Source: an uncultured Candidatus Saccharibacteria bacterium (GTDB lineage Bacteria; Patescibacteriota; JAUYIX01). From it: 42,340 nucleotides of DNA. Below are positions 19,218-29,633 of this stretch, piece after piece. The DNA is taken from contig CAYSXT010000002.1 in the NCBI GenBank assembly GCA_964435075.1, forward strand, positions 1-42,340, in the 5' to 3' direction. The position numbers were made by a program, and so were the translations under genes. Position 1 is the first letter of the stretch. Every line of letters starts with the position of its first letter. The notes under the pieces are model-generated. The model was not told the origin of the DNA. It saw only the letters and a list, made by a program, of their open reading frames with translations, and ran no database searches.

Positions 19218-20450
19218 ATGCAACTAGAGACTAGCGACCCTCAGTCAGACGTTAACGATTATTCAATCAAAAAGCCGCGAGGTAAAGGTAAAACATTAGG
19301 TTACCTAGTTTTAATGTTGATTACCCTTGGGGCTGGAGTCTTACTAGGAAGATCAACCGTTACCAATAACCCAATAGTGGCACCAGTCCAAAGCAGTGAG
19401 CTGGATTTATCTTTATTTAATAAGGTAAAGAATATTATTCAGTCTGAGCACGTTAATGCGCCAGTAGATGTTACGGATTTAGAATTTGGCGCAATAAAAG
19501 GTTTAGTAGCAGGAATAGGGGATCCGAATTCTAACTTTATGGATCCGGATGAAACCAAAGCATTTCAAGAAAATCTAGCCGGGATATTCCAGGGTATTGG
19601 TATTGAAATAGCCCTTCGCGATGACGTGCTAACAGTAGTGGCACCACTAGCAGGTACTCCTGCGGAAGCAGCCGGATTACAAGCAGGAGACAGTATACTA
19701 GCCATTGATCAAACGGATACTTCTAAATTAAGTCTGGACGAGGCGGTTTTAATGATTCGTGGAGAAAAAGGTACTCAGGTTGCTCTCACAATTAAAAGAG
19801 AGGGAGAGTTTGAAAGTCAGGAATTTAAAATTACTCGTGATGAGATAAACGTTGACAGTGCTCGCTACGAAGTCCGCGACGATGGTATCGGCGTGTTGTC
19901 AATATTCAGATTTGGTGAGGACACGTCCTCAATTGTCAGAAAGGCAGCGGACGAGTTCTTAGCCCGCAATGTTTCTGGAATTGTCTTAGACCTGCGTGGT
20001 AACCCGGGTGGCTTCTTAGAAACTGGAGTAGATGTGGCTGGCTATTTTGTCAAAGAGGGAGTAATCGTTACGGAAGAATTTGGAGATGGAACAAAACAAG
20101 AGTATCGAGCAGAAAGTAAGGGACGCTTAGCGGGTATACCTCTAGTCATTTTGATTGACGAGGGCAGTGCCTCAGCTTCTGAGATCGTTGCTGGCGCTCT
20201 ACAGGATTACAAAAAGGCAACGCTAGTCGGTAAAAAGAGTTTTGGTAAGGGTTCTGTGCAAGAACTTCAAAGCTTGGACAAGAATACTAGCTTAAGACTC
20301 ACAGTTGCGCTGTTTGTGCTGCCAAACGGTAGAAAAATTGATAAAAAGGGTATAGAACCAGATGTTGAAGTCGATATAAGTAGGGAAGATATCCAAAATC
20401 AGTTTGATCCACAATTAGAAAAAGCCTTAGAAATTCTCAAGACAGAATAA
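19218..20450 (+). CDS. ctpA: Carboxyl-terminal processing protease (S41, Ctp/Prc family) with a PDZ domain
   Basis: It has a PDZ segment (GIGIEI...AGLQAGDSILAID), the motifs DLRGNPGG and GSASASEIVAGAL (catalytic Ser) and GKKSFGKGSVQ (Lys), plus an N-terminal TM anchor. Confidence 0.85.
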   Translation: MQLETSDPQSDVNDYSIKKPRGKGKTLGYLVLMLITLGAGVLLGRSTVTNNPIVAPVQSSELDLSLFNKVKNIIQSEHVNAPVDVTDLEFGAIKGLVAGIGDPNSNFMDPDETKAFQENLAGIFQGIGIEIALRDDVLTVVAPLAGTPAEAAGLQAGDSILAIDQTDTSKLSLDEAVLMIRGEKGTQVALTIKREGEFESQEFKITRDEINVDSARYEVRDDGIGVLSIFRFGEDTSSIVRKAADEFLARNVSGIVLDLRGNPGGFLETGVDVAGYFVKEGVIVTEEFGDGTKQEYRAESKGRLAGIPLVILIDEGSASASEIVAGALQDYKKATLVGKKSFGKGSVQELQSLDKNTSLRLTVALFVLPNGRKIDKKGIEPDVEVDISREDIQNQFDPQLEKALEILKTE

Positions 20451-20479
20451 TTGACGATTAGGTTCTAAACCGCTAGCAT
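20451..20479 (+). promoter_or_regulatory. Candidate promoter for rplI, only 9 nt from the ATG
   Basis: TTGACG-attaggttctaaaccgc(17)-TAGCAT is followed by actgttcct and ATG 20489. Confidence 0.4.
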
Positions 20480-20488
20480 ACTGTTCCT

Positions 20489-20971
20489 ATGGCATCCAAA
20501 ACAAGCAAAAACAAGACCCTTTCCGTGCTTCTCACTAAAGATATTAAAAATTTTGGTTCAGCGGGAGAAATCAAAGAAGCAACCGCTGGCTACGCGAGAA
20601 ATTATCTAATTCCAAACAAGCTGGTATTGATTGCTACGCCAAAACTTATTGCTGACGCTCAAGCAAAAATACAGAGAGAAAAAGATCAAAAGGCTCATGA
20701 ACTAAAACAAGCTAAACTTCTTGCGGACAAATTAAGTGGCCGCGAGATAGTCTTAAGAGTAAAAGCTGGCAACAGGGGTAAGATATTTGGTTCAATTGAT
20801 AAGAAAGCCATTCTTGAGGCTTTATACAATCAGCACAGCGCTAAACTGACCGAAGAACAAGTTGATCTCCCCAAGCCATTGAAGACTTTAGGCAAACACG
20901 AAGTATCATTAAAACTACAACCAGAGATTACTACCACGATAACTGTGCAGACTGTTAGCGATAAAAAGTAG
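20489..20971 (+). CDS. rplI: 50S ribosomal protein L9
   Basis: LLTKDIKNFGSAGEIKEATAGYARNYLIPNKL matches the conserved L9 N-domain. Confidence 0.9.
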   Translation: MASKTSKNKTLSVLLTKDIKNFGSAGEIKEATAGYARNYLIPNKLVLIATPKLIADAQAKIQREKDQKAHELKQAKLLADKLSGREIVLRVKAGNRGKIFGSIDKKAILEALYNQHSAKLTEEQVDLPKPLKTLGKHEVSLKLQPEITTTITVQTVSDKK

Positions 20972-20985
20972 TTCCGCTCAATTAA

Positions 20986-20998
20986 GCCGAAAACCGGC
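20986..20998. terminator. Weak bidirectional hairpin between convergent rplI and rpmA
   Basis: GCCG-aaaac-CGGC is followed by a T-run on the plus strand (agttattttttt). The stem is only 4 bp, so this is a weak call. Confidence 0.25.
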
Positions 20999-21000
20999 AG

Positions 21001-21324
21001 TTATTTTTTTGCCGTTACTTTTTTAGTATTGGCTTTTTCTGTTTTTGGGGTACCTAAGACTTCTACTCGCGTTCTTGTTTGTTTTCGGCCGTCAAAACCA
21101 ACTCGCTTAAACTTAACGAAATTAACTTTGCCGGGTGACCCTGCATGCAATGAATGATCTTTACTCAGAAAAACGTTATTGCCTGCAACATATCTGGTTC
21201 CTCTTTGACGAACTAGAATATCTCCTACACCTACTTTTTCGCCCGCAAAAGCCTTTACGCCCAAGCGTTTTGACTGACTATCTCTTACGTTAGCGGTACT
21301 TCCACCAGCTTTTTTGTGTGCCAT
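21001..21324 (-). CDS. rpmA: 50S ribosomal protein L27 with a Lys-rich C-terminal extension
   Basis: [24 protein letters not shown]... is the canonical L27 N-terminus. The protein is 107 aa, against the ~85 aa I recall for E. coli L27. Confidence 0.95.
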   Translation of the reverse strand: MAHKKAGGSTANVRDSQSKRLGVKAFAGEKVGVGDILVRQRGTRYVAGNNVFLSKDHSLHAGSPGKVNFVKFKRVGFDGRKQTRTRVEVLGTPKTEKANTKKVTAKK

Positions 21325-22617
21325 TTAATTATCCTTAGTAAGTCTTACGATTTCACGTTGGACTACTTGTCCTGGACGAGCATAGATCAAAGTGCCTCGC
21401 TTAGTAACGACAGAATGCTCTTGATTTACCCCAGTAAACTTATAAGAGTCGGGCAAAATCGTTTCCAGACGATACCCCAAATCTTCTAATTGGTCAATAA
21501 TAGGCAAAAATTCTACACTTTTGTCAGTTTTTACCAGAGCCGGCCAAGTACAGACAATTTTTCCGCCGTCTTTTAGATAACCGGCAGCCCTTTGTAGTGT
21601 TTTTAACCAAAGCTGATTTAGCCGATTGATTTGGGTTTGTGCTTGTGACGGAGTGAGTGGTCGGTTATGCGGCGCCCCTAATAGACCTTCAGTTACAATA
21701 GCGTCTACTTTTTCATCCATAACTATTTTCTGCGCCTGAGCTGACCAAACTTTAGGAGCCGATTTTATGATATTTTCTTTAACCAGCCATTTAAGATTCC
21801 TTTCGGCAGCCCTAACCTGTTTAATGTCACTATCCGAACCAGTCATCACATAACCCAGTATCGCACCCTCTTGCAACAATGTAGCCTGCCCCATAAACGG
21901 ATCATGTATGCGTTCACCAGATTTAACCTGTGCCAAATTGAGCATTATTTGTGCCAATTTAGGGGGGAGAGAACCAGCTCTTGGATTACGCGCAGGCCTA
22001 CCAAAATCCCGATGGCCATATGCCTCAAAATCTTGCACAGCAACAGTCTGCCCCCGCCACACGCTATTGCCTGCAGCCATTAAAACAATATCGGAACCAT
22101 TTTCTTTATTTAATTTATTTTTTCTCACTACGACACTTGAGAGTGACAAATCTTTACCGCGTGCCGAGACAAATCGTGAGGATACATTTTGGGATTTGAG
22201 ATCTGTTTTTATCTTTAGTCCAATACCGTGAACAACACGACTTAAATTTTTATGATGTTTTTTTGGAATTCCGGGCGCATAAATAGACAAACCAAAAGTC
22301 CAGCGGCCTTTTTTCTTGGTTTCGTTACCATATAACTTCACTAGTAAATCAGTCTTGAGTAATTCCTGAAAAACATCCTTAAATTTAGTGGGGTCCTTTA
22401 ACGGTGCTTGATCGTCTAGCTTTACTATTTTTATTGTTCCGCCTAGTCCATTCAAAAGAGTTTGTGGATCACCCAAGTCATCTTCTGTGGCAATAATAAG
22501 CTCATTTTTACCAAGCCTCGTTGGGGAATATTGAATTTTTCCTCTTTTTAGAACGCTGACAATTTCCGCAGCCGATAATTCAGCCTGTCGCCCTAAAATA
22601 AATAACCAATGGTTCAT
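21325..22617 (-). CDS. SAM-dependent methyltransferase-like protein (Trm11/UPF0020-like, putative RNA methyltransferase)
   Basis: The motif I-like segment is IHDPFMGQATLLQEGAILG and the motif IV position reads DAIVTEGLLGAP. The N-terminus is MNHWLFILGRQAELSAAEI. Its stop TAA directly abuts the rpmA ATG. Confidence 0.5.
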   Translation of the reverse strand: MNHWLFILGRQAELSAAEIVSVLKRGKIQYSPTRLGKNELIIATEDDLGDPQTLLNGLGGTIKIVKLDDQAPLKDPTKFKDVFQELLKTDLLVKLYGNETKKKGRWTFGLSIYAPGIPKKHHKNLSRVVHGIGLKIKTDLKSQNVSSRFVSARGKDLSLSSVVVRKNKLNKENGSDIVLMAAGNSVWRGQTVAVQDFEAYGHRDFGRPARNPRAGSLPPKLAQIMLNLAQVKSGERIHDPFMGQATLLQEGAILGYVMTGSDSDIKQVRAAERNLKWLVKENIIKSAPKVWSAQAQKIVMDEKVDAIVTEGLLGAPHNRPLTPSQAQTQINRLNQLWLKTLQRAAGYLKDGGKIVCTWPALVKTDKSVEFLPIIDQLEDLGYRLETILPDSYKFTGVNQEHSVVTKRGTLIYARPGQVVQREIVRLTKDN

Positions 22618-22658
22618 ATTAATAAATATCTAATCTAAATTTCATATTCTGCTTAGTC

Positions 22659-23180
22659 ATGATATCGCGAAACACCCTAACATGGATTCTTAGTCTTGTC
22701 GCACTGACAGGTTCTGCATTTATTACGGGCTGGAACTGGCCACATGAAAAAGTTCCAATCGAGATCCAAGAAAGGGAGCTACTGGAGGAAATCAGCGCCA
22801 GTCTAATAGACGGTGAACTAAGCCTTACAACACCCAAAAAGTCGATCGTAATGCTAGGGGACCACGTTTATGAGCCTAATGAGACCCTCTCAGTCGCGCT
22901 GTCCGAGGCTTTTCCCTTACATTGGTGGTCAGATGACTGGGCTATAACTTTTAAGCTAGAAAATGCCGATTCTTTGGGTGAGCCTTTGGCCAATACGGCA
23001 GAAGAAATTTTACCCAGTAACCAGGGACAGTTTGTAGCAAGCAAATCTGGTTCAAAATATCATCCGGTCGAAAATTGTAGCTTTGCAGATAGAATCAAGC
23101 CAGAAAATAAAATATTCTTCCAAAGTGAAGAATCTGCCCGCCAAGCAGGTTATGAACCATCAAGTTGTTTTAACAACTAA
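22659..23180 (+). CDS. Membrane-anchored hypothetical protein with a C-terminal Ada-type/'sunset'-like metal-binding motif
   Basis: It has an N-terminal TM helix (TWILSLVALTGSAFITGW). The C-terminal SKYHPVENCSFADRIKPENKIFFQSEESARQAGYEPSSCF resembles the YH..C...I.PEN...F.S..EA...GY.PC motif family. Confidence 0.4.
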   Translation: MISRNTLTWILSLVALTGSAFITGWNWPHEKVPIEIQERELLEEISASLIDGELSLTTPKKSIVMLGDHVYEPNETLSVALSEAFPLHWWSDDWAITFKLENADSLGEPLANTAEEILPSNQGQFVASKSGSKYHPVENCSFADRIKPENKIFFQSEESARQAGYEPSSCFNN

Positions 23181-23584
23181 TCCTTAGTATCTTTACCGAC
23201 TACTTTAATTTTGGCCATAACGTTTTTTAGCTCGCGTCTGGCTTCCTCTAATTCATATAGAGGAACCTTACTGTCATCTAATATATTCAAGAGGCGTTTT
23301 CGTTCTGTCTCCGCCATGGATAAATCAACCTCATCGATTGGTATGGCTTCATCAACTAATAGAGTAGCTAAATTATCTTTAACTTCTAAGGAGCCACTCG
23401 TAACTACTAATTTAACCTCCTTGTCTTTAGTGTCATATCTGACCTCTCCTGGGTTAATAGCTGTCAGCAGGGGAATGTGTCCACTTAGAATCCCTGTTTG
23501 ACCTTGGGGTGTCGTAACCATTAACTTAGAAACATCTAAATCAGCAACTACGTTCTCGATTGTAATGATTCTAAGTTTAAACAT
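23177..23584 (-). CDS. atpC: F1Fo ATP synthase epsilon subunit
   Basis: Assigned from size, its position after atpD, and beta-sandwich plus helical hairpin-type sequence. Confidence 0.85.
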   Translation of the reverse strand: MFKLRIITIENVVADLDVSKLMVTTPQGQTGILSGHIPLLTAINPGEVRYDTKDKEVKLVVTSGSLEVKDNLATLLVDEAIPIDEVDLSMAETERKRLLNILDDSKVPLYELEEARRELKNVMAKIKVVGKDTKD

Positions 23585-24985
<1,401 letters not shown>

Positions 24986-24998
24986 TTATTATGGATTA

Positions 24999-25907
24999 TT
25001 AATTTTCTAAAGCAGCAACACCGGCAGATATTTCTGCTAGCGCACTGGTAATTGATTCTTGTCTTAATCTATTAAAGGTTTGAGATAATTCTTCTACCAA
25101 ATCTGTCGCATTGTCATGCGCATTTTTCATTGCGATCATACGAGCAGAATGCTCAGAGGCACTCGATTCCAACAAAGCATGATAGATCAACATAGTTACT
25201 AAATCTGGCAATAGCTCATTAAGTAGGTGAGCAGGGGAGGGTTCAAGTTCGTAGTAACTACTATTCAACTCTGCCACTTTCTCAACTAGTGCATCAGGCA
25301 ATTCCTCAACATCAACAATTTTTTTAACAGTAACCGGCAAGATCCCTCGAATAAACGGTTGTTGCTTTAAAGTGCTAATAAATTGAGTGAACCCAAGAAT
25401 TACCTTGTCATAACCCTTTTCTAGATAAAAAGTTAACAACTCGTTCTTTAGCCGACGCGCCTCCGACAATGAAATAATCTCACTATTTTGGGATTTGACC
25501 ACCTTATATCCAGCTCTGTTGGCAAATTTTATAGCCTCGTTTCCAATAGCATAAACATCAGTAGTTCTTTTTTTATTTTCTTTTTGATCAGCTATTAGAT
25601 CGTTGATCTTGCGAGATAAGTTGGTTGCCAAGCTACCGGTGAGTCCTTTATCAGGGGCTATAATTATCAGTAGTTGTTTCCCAGTATTTTTCTTAACTAA
25701 TAACGGATGTTTTTCAGAATCAGTGAGGCCCCCCAATCTTCTCAATAAAGACAAAGCTTCTTCTGCATAGGTTTTACCCGCCAACGCCTTGGCCTGAGCT
25801 TTACGCATTTTAACCGCCGAGACAGTCTGTAAAGCCTTAGTTATCTTTTGCGTATTTGCAACCGATTTAATACGGCGCTTGATGTCACGTGTATTTTGAC
25901 CAGCCAT
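24999..25907 (-). CDS. atpG: F1Fo ATP synthase gamma subunit
   Basis: It has the N-terminus DIKRRIKSVANTQKITKA and the C-terminus ITSALAEISAGVAALE, and lies between atpA and atpD. Confidence 0.92.
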   Translation of the reverse strand: MAGQNTRDIKRRIKSVANTQKITKALQTVSAVKMRKAQAKALAGKTYAEEALSLLRRLGGLTDSEKHPLLVKKNTGKQLLIIIAPDKGLTGSLATNLSRKINDLIADQKENKKRTTDVYAIGNEAIKFANRAGYKVVKSQNSEIISLSEARRLKNELLTFYLEKGYDKVILGFTQFISTLKQQPFIRGILPVTVKKIVDVEELPDALVEKVAELNSSYYELEPSPAHLLNELLPDLVTMLIYHALLESSASEHSARMIAMKNAHDNATDLVEELSQTFNRLRQESITSALAEISAGVAALEN

Positions 25908-25910
25908 AAA

Positions 25911-27446
25911 TTATTTTTCTGACTTTGCGTAATTATTATGTGAATTAAAATCATCTATCACTGCAAGCATTTTTTGCTCCAAATCTTTAGTCAACTCCGG
26001 CTTTTCATTAATTTCTTTGATTACGTCAGCGTGATTTGTTTCCACAAACCTAATTAAGCTAGACTCAAACTCTCCAATTCTCTCAACAGGCACGTTGTCA
26101 ATTTTGCCTTGGTTGGCGGCAAAAATACTGAACGCCATTTGCCATACCTCTTTTGGTTCCTCTTGGCGCTGTTTTAATATCTCGGTCAAAACTTGACCGC
26201 GAGCTAACTTCTTTTTTGTTTCAGGATCTAGATCAGAACCAAACTGAGCAAAGGCAGCCAGCTCCCTGAATTGCGCTAAATCTAGACGTAATTTGCCAGA
26301 GACTGCTTTCATAAGCTTTGTTTGAGCACTCGACCCAACGCGAGAAACCGATAAACCAACATTGATAGCCGGACGGACACCAGAGTTAAATAGATCAGAC
26401 TCTAGAATAATCTGTCCATCAGTAATTGAGATCACATTAGTTGGAACATAAGCGGTTACATCACCTGCTTGTGTTTCAATAACCGGCAAAGCCGTTATTG
26501 ATCCGCCGCCATGCTCTTTATTACGTTTAGCAGCGCGCTCGAGCAAACGAGAATGTAAATAAAAGACATCCCCAGGAAAAGCTTCACGTCCAGGGGGGCG
26601 CCTCAAAAGTAATGAAATTTGACGGTAAGCTTGTGCGTGCTTAGTTAAATCATCATAAATCACCAGAGCATCCTTTCCTTGATCCATGAAAGCCTCCGCC
26701 ATGGCAGTTCCAGCATAGGGAGCCATATAAACAAGAGGAGCAGGCATTGAAGCTGACGCCGACAAAACAATAGTGTGTTCTAAGGCACCATTCTTGCGGA
26801 GTGTTTCAACAATTTGAGCTACCTTGGCCTCTTTTTGACCAATAGCTACATATATACAAATTAAGTTCTTGCCTTTTTGATTAATAATCGTATCGATGGC
26901 AATAGCTGTTTTACCAGTCTGACGATCACCGATAATTAGCTCACGCTGACCACGACCAATAGGAATCATTGAATCAACAGCTTTAATTCCAGTTTGAACA
27001 GGAGCATCCACGCTTGAGCGCTCAATTACACCCGGTGCGATCTTTTCCATAGGATAGCGCTTAGTGGTTTCGATAGGTCCAAGACCATCCAACGCACTTC
27101 CCAAGGGATCGACTACACGTCCAAGCAACGCTTCACCAACCGGTACATCTAAAATTCTTCCAGTGGTCTTAACCTCTGAGCCTTCAGAAATTTTAGTTTC
27201 ATCTCCCAAAATAATAGCTCCAACAATGTCCTCCTCGAGATTCAAAGCCAGACCTGCTACGTCGTCTTCGAATTCAATTATTTCTCCAGCCTTAACATTC
27301 GTAAGACCATAGACTGTAGCAATTCCGTCACCAACCTTTACGACTGAACCAACGGTCTCAGCTTTTCCCTTGATTGAGCTACCCTCAATGGCTTTTTGTA
27401 AGCTCTCTATTAGTAATGCGTTAGACTGTTTGTTGGAATCGGTCAT
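25911..27446 (-). CDS. atpA: F1Fo ATP synthase alpha subunit
   Basis: It has the Walker A motif [15 protein letters not shown] and the conserved segment [22 protein letters not shown]. Confidence 0.97.
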   Translation of the reverse strand: MTDSNKQSNALLIESLQKAIEGSSIKGKAETVGSVVKVGDGIATVYGLTNVKAGEIIEFEDDVAGLALNLEEDIVGAIILGDETKISEGSEVKTTGRILDVPVGEALLGRVVDPLGSALDGLGPIETTKRYPMEKIAPGVIERSSVDAPVQTGIKAVDSMIPIGRGQRELIIGDRQTGKTAIAIDTIINQKGKNLICIYVAIGQKEAKVAQIVETLRKNGALEHTIVLSASASMPAPLVYMAPYAGTAMAEAFMDQGKDALVIYDDLTKHAQAYRQISLLLRRPPGREAFPGDVFYLHSRLLERAAKRNKEHGGGSITALPVIETQAGDVTAYVPTNVISITDGQIILESDLFNSGVRPAINVGLSVSRVGSSAQTKLMKAVSGKLRLDLAQFRELAAFAQFGSDLDPETKKKLARGQVLTEILKQRQEEPKEVWQMAFSIFAANQGKIDNVPVERIGEFESSLIRFVETNHADVIKEINEKPELTKDLEQKMLAVIDDFNSHNNYAKSEK

Positions 27447-27973
27447 ACTATTTTTAGTTTATTAACGGATTTTTTCATTTGGTTTAAACGGCCTCGCAAG
27501 CTCGAGTCATACCTTTTTCCTTTTACATCAACAATGAGACCCCCCAATATACTTGGATCGATCGATGCATTTATATGTACTTGACTATTTACAGCTTTAG
27601 TAAGCTTCTCAGATAATTCAGTCTTTAATTTTTCATCTAATTCAATGGCGCTTATAACATTTACCTCTGTCGTTTCGTCTATGCGCTTGAGATAAGACTT
27701 GCTGGCTCTGACTAATTTACTTAGTTGTGCCCATTTCTGCTCGCGATTGATCCACCCAACAAATTTAATTGTAAGAGGGGAGATACCGACTTGTTCTAAT
27801 ACGGAAAGCTTTTTTTGTTCCTCAACTTGAGGAGATAAGATAAATAACCTTAAAGACTTATCTTGACTTAAAACTTGCTCAAATATTCCGAGCTCCTTGA
27901 TTGCAAGTATCTTTTCTGACACAGGCTGATTAGCAAGCCAGGCTTCTACAATATTTGTTAGCGGGATATTCAT
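27443..27973 (-). CDS. atpH: F1Fo ATP synthase delta (OSCP) subunit
   Basis: Assigned from position and size, plus the C-terminal [20 protein letters not shown] motif. It has 4-nt overlaps on both sides. Confidence 0.85.
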   Translation of the reverse strand: MNIPLTNIVEAWLANQPVSEKILAIKELGIFEQVLSQDKSLRLFILSPQVEEQKKLSVLEQVGISPLTIKFVGWINREQKWAQLSKLVRASKSYLKRIDETTEVNVISAIELDEKLKTELSEKLTKAVNSQVHINASIDPSILGGLIVDVKGKRYDSSLRGRLNQMKKSVNKLKIV

Positions 27974-28476
27974 GAGATGCTTTTACTTACTTCTTGTATT
28001 GAGTCAGATATAAGCTCCTTATGCTCTTTTGGGTCCAGCTTTTTTTGTAGAACCTTCTCGGTTGCACGACTTACTAAATCTATAGCTTGTTCACGCACCT
28101 CATTCTCCATCCGCTTTTTCTCTTCTTTAATAGACTCTTCAGCCCGATTAAAGACTTGTGTGGCCTCTTTTTCCACTGTGGCCATTCGCTCACGCCGAGT
28201 ATCAGCGATTTCTAATTGATTCTTTGTCTTAAGTTTTTCTGCCTGTTGATTGGCTTGGGTAACAATCTCCTCAGCTCGCACCTTAGAGGACTTAAGGTCT
28301 TCCTCTATCTTTTTTGCCTTACTCAGACTTTTTTCTATTGTATTCCGTCTGTCTCTCAGGGCTTTTGTTAGAGGTTTATAAAGGAACTTCCAAAGCAACC
28401 CAAGCAATATCAAGAAATTGACTACTTGAGCTAACAGGAGCAAAGGCTCTATGCCTAGTTCATGTAAAAGTTCCAT
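27970..28476 (-). CDS. atpF: F1Fo ATP synthase subunit b
   Basis: It has a single N-terminal TM helix followed by a long charged helix, and sits in the expected operon position. Confidence 0.85.
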   Translation of the reverse strand: MELLHELGIEPLLLLAQVVNFLILLGLLWKFLYKPLTKALRDRRNTIEKSLSKAKKIEEDLKSSKVRAEEIVTQANQQAEKLKTKNQLEIADTRRERMATVEKEATQVFNRAEESIKEEKKRMENEVREQAIDLVSRATEKVLQKKLDPKEHKELISDSIQEVSKSIS

Positions 28477-28488
28477 TTAAAAAAACGT

Positions 28489-28701
28489 CTAGACAAACTT
28501 AATGATCAAGGCAACGACCAAGGCGTAAATACCAATAGCCTCAGCAAAAGCAATTGCCAAAATCATAGCCGTTTGAATTTTTGAACTAGCTTCCGGGTTT
28601 CGACCGATAGCTTTTAGTCCACTTGATCCTAGCATCCCGATAGCGATAGCCGGTGCGCTTGCACCAACAGCGATAGCGATAGCAGCAGCAATTGATTCCA
28701 T
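28489..28701 (-). CDS. atpE: F1Fo ATP synthase subunit c
   Basis: It is a 70-aa helical hairpin with the loop GRNPE and the carboxylate in AFAEAIGIY. The Glu is followed by Ala, which suggests an H+-type site rather than an ES/ET Na+-type site. Confidence 0.92.
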   Translation of the reverse strand: MESIAAAIAIAVGASAPAIAIGMLGSSGLKAIGRNPEASSKIQTAMILAIAFAEAIGIYALVVALIIKFV

Positions 28702-28736
28702 AGGTTTATGATTAGTTAATTAATTAATAAGTGTAA

Positions 28737-29522
28737 TTATGAAGCAGGGGCTTCGTGTTTTTCTTCGTGATCTCCATGTTCTGCTGTGGCCACCGTGAAG
28801 AATACCAGTGACAACATTGTAAAGACGAGAGCTTGAATTAGCGCAACAAAGGTCTCGAGGAAATAAAAGGGGAGAGGCACCAAAAAAGGAACAATAACAG
28901 CGATAACAGTCAAAAGTACTTCGCCCGCAAAGATATTACCAAACAAACGAAAAGAAAACGACACCATTTTGGCTACTTCTGAAATTAATTCCAAGAGACC
29001 AACAAAAGTATTTACTGGACCACCTTTAATAGTGAAATATTTCTTAAAATGCTTGACCGTACCAAGAGCGGCTATTCCAAAAATTTGGGTAGCCACCACA
29101 GAAATAATGGCTAGCGCAATAGTAAAGTTTAGATCCGTGGTAGGTGGTCTAAAAAATGGAACAAAGCTCTCACCGTGGCTAGTTATTTCGTTAAAACCGA
29201 TCGTTCCTATACCTGGAATTATATCCGCAAGATTAGCCACTAATATAAAGATAAAAAAGGTAGCCAAGATCGGAAAAAACTTTTCTGCTTTTTTACGATT
29301 GCCGGTTACAGACTCTATTAAACCTATTAATAATTCAAAAACATATTCAAAAACATTTTGCATACCACGTGGAATTTTTCTGACATTTCTTCCGCCCAAC
29401 CATGCCAATAATAAGATTATGATCATCACCAACCATGTTACGAGCAAACTGTTCGTAATATTAAAGGGGCCAATATGTAATAGCGGTTCGGCCGCTAGAC
29501 TAATATGGATTTCTTTTCCCAT
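28737..29522 (-). CDS. atpB: F1Fo ATP synthase subunit a
   Basis: The protein is polytopic and carries the essential Arg in SFSFRLFGNIFAGE. Confidence 0.92.
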   Translation of the reverse strand: MGKEIHISLAAEPLLHIGPFNITNSLLVTWLVMIIILLLAWLGGRNVRKIPRGMQNVFEYVFELLIGLIESVTGNRKKAEKFFPILATFFIFILVANLADIIPGIGTIGFNEITSHGESFVPFFRPPTTDLNFTIALAIISVVATQIFGIAALGTVKHFKKYFTIKGGPVNTFVGLLELISEVAKMVSFSFRLFGNIFAGEVLLTVIAVIVPFLVPLPFYFLETFVALIQALVFTMLSLVFFTVATAEHGDHEEKHEAPAS

Positions 29523-29540
29523 TGGTGCCTGTAAAGAATG

Positions 29541-29568
29541 AGCGTACCAACGAAAACTTAACCGTCAA
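29541..29568 (-). promoter_or_regulatory. Possible atp operon promoter
   Basis: The minus strand reads TTGACG-gttaagttttcgttgg(16)-TACGCT, about 18 nt upstream of the atpB ATG. The -10 match is weak. Confidence 0.25.
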
Positions 29569-29584
29569 GGGTTGAATTTATACA

Positions 29585-29613
29585 TTGACGTAAACATAAA
29601 TACATTGCATAGT
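29585..29613 (+). promoter_or_regulatory. Candidate promoter for the prsW-like operon
   Basis: TTGACG-taaacataaatacattg(17)-CATAGT. The 8-mer ATACATTG occurs twice, 22 nt apart, across it. The ORF-track TTG start (29616) would lie upstream of the predicted TSS. Confidence 0.4.
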
Positions 29614-29633
29614 CATTGCAACAAACACTTTCC

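Noticed and set aside
22619-22837. 72-aa minus-strand ORF overlapping the start of the 22659 gene
   Set aside because: It is low-complexity Ser/Ile-rich sequence with no motifs, and it overlaps a better-supported plus-strand gene.
28489-28701. Possible Na+-coupled c-subunit
   Set aside because: The carboxylate Glu is followed by Ala (AEA), not Ser/Thr, and I see no Gln at the helix-1 position. An ordinary H+-type site is more likely. This is not decisive without an alignment.
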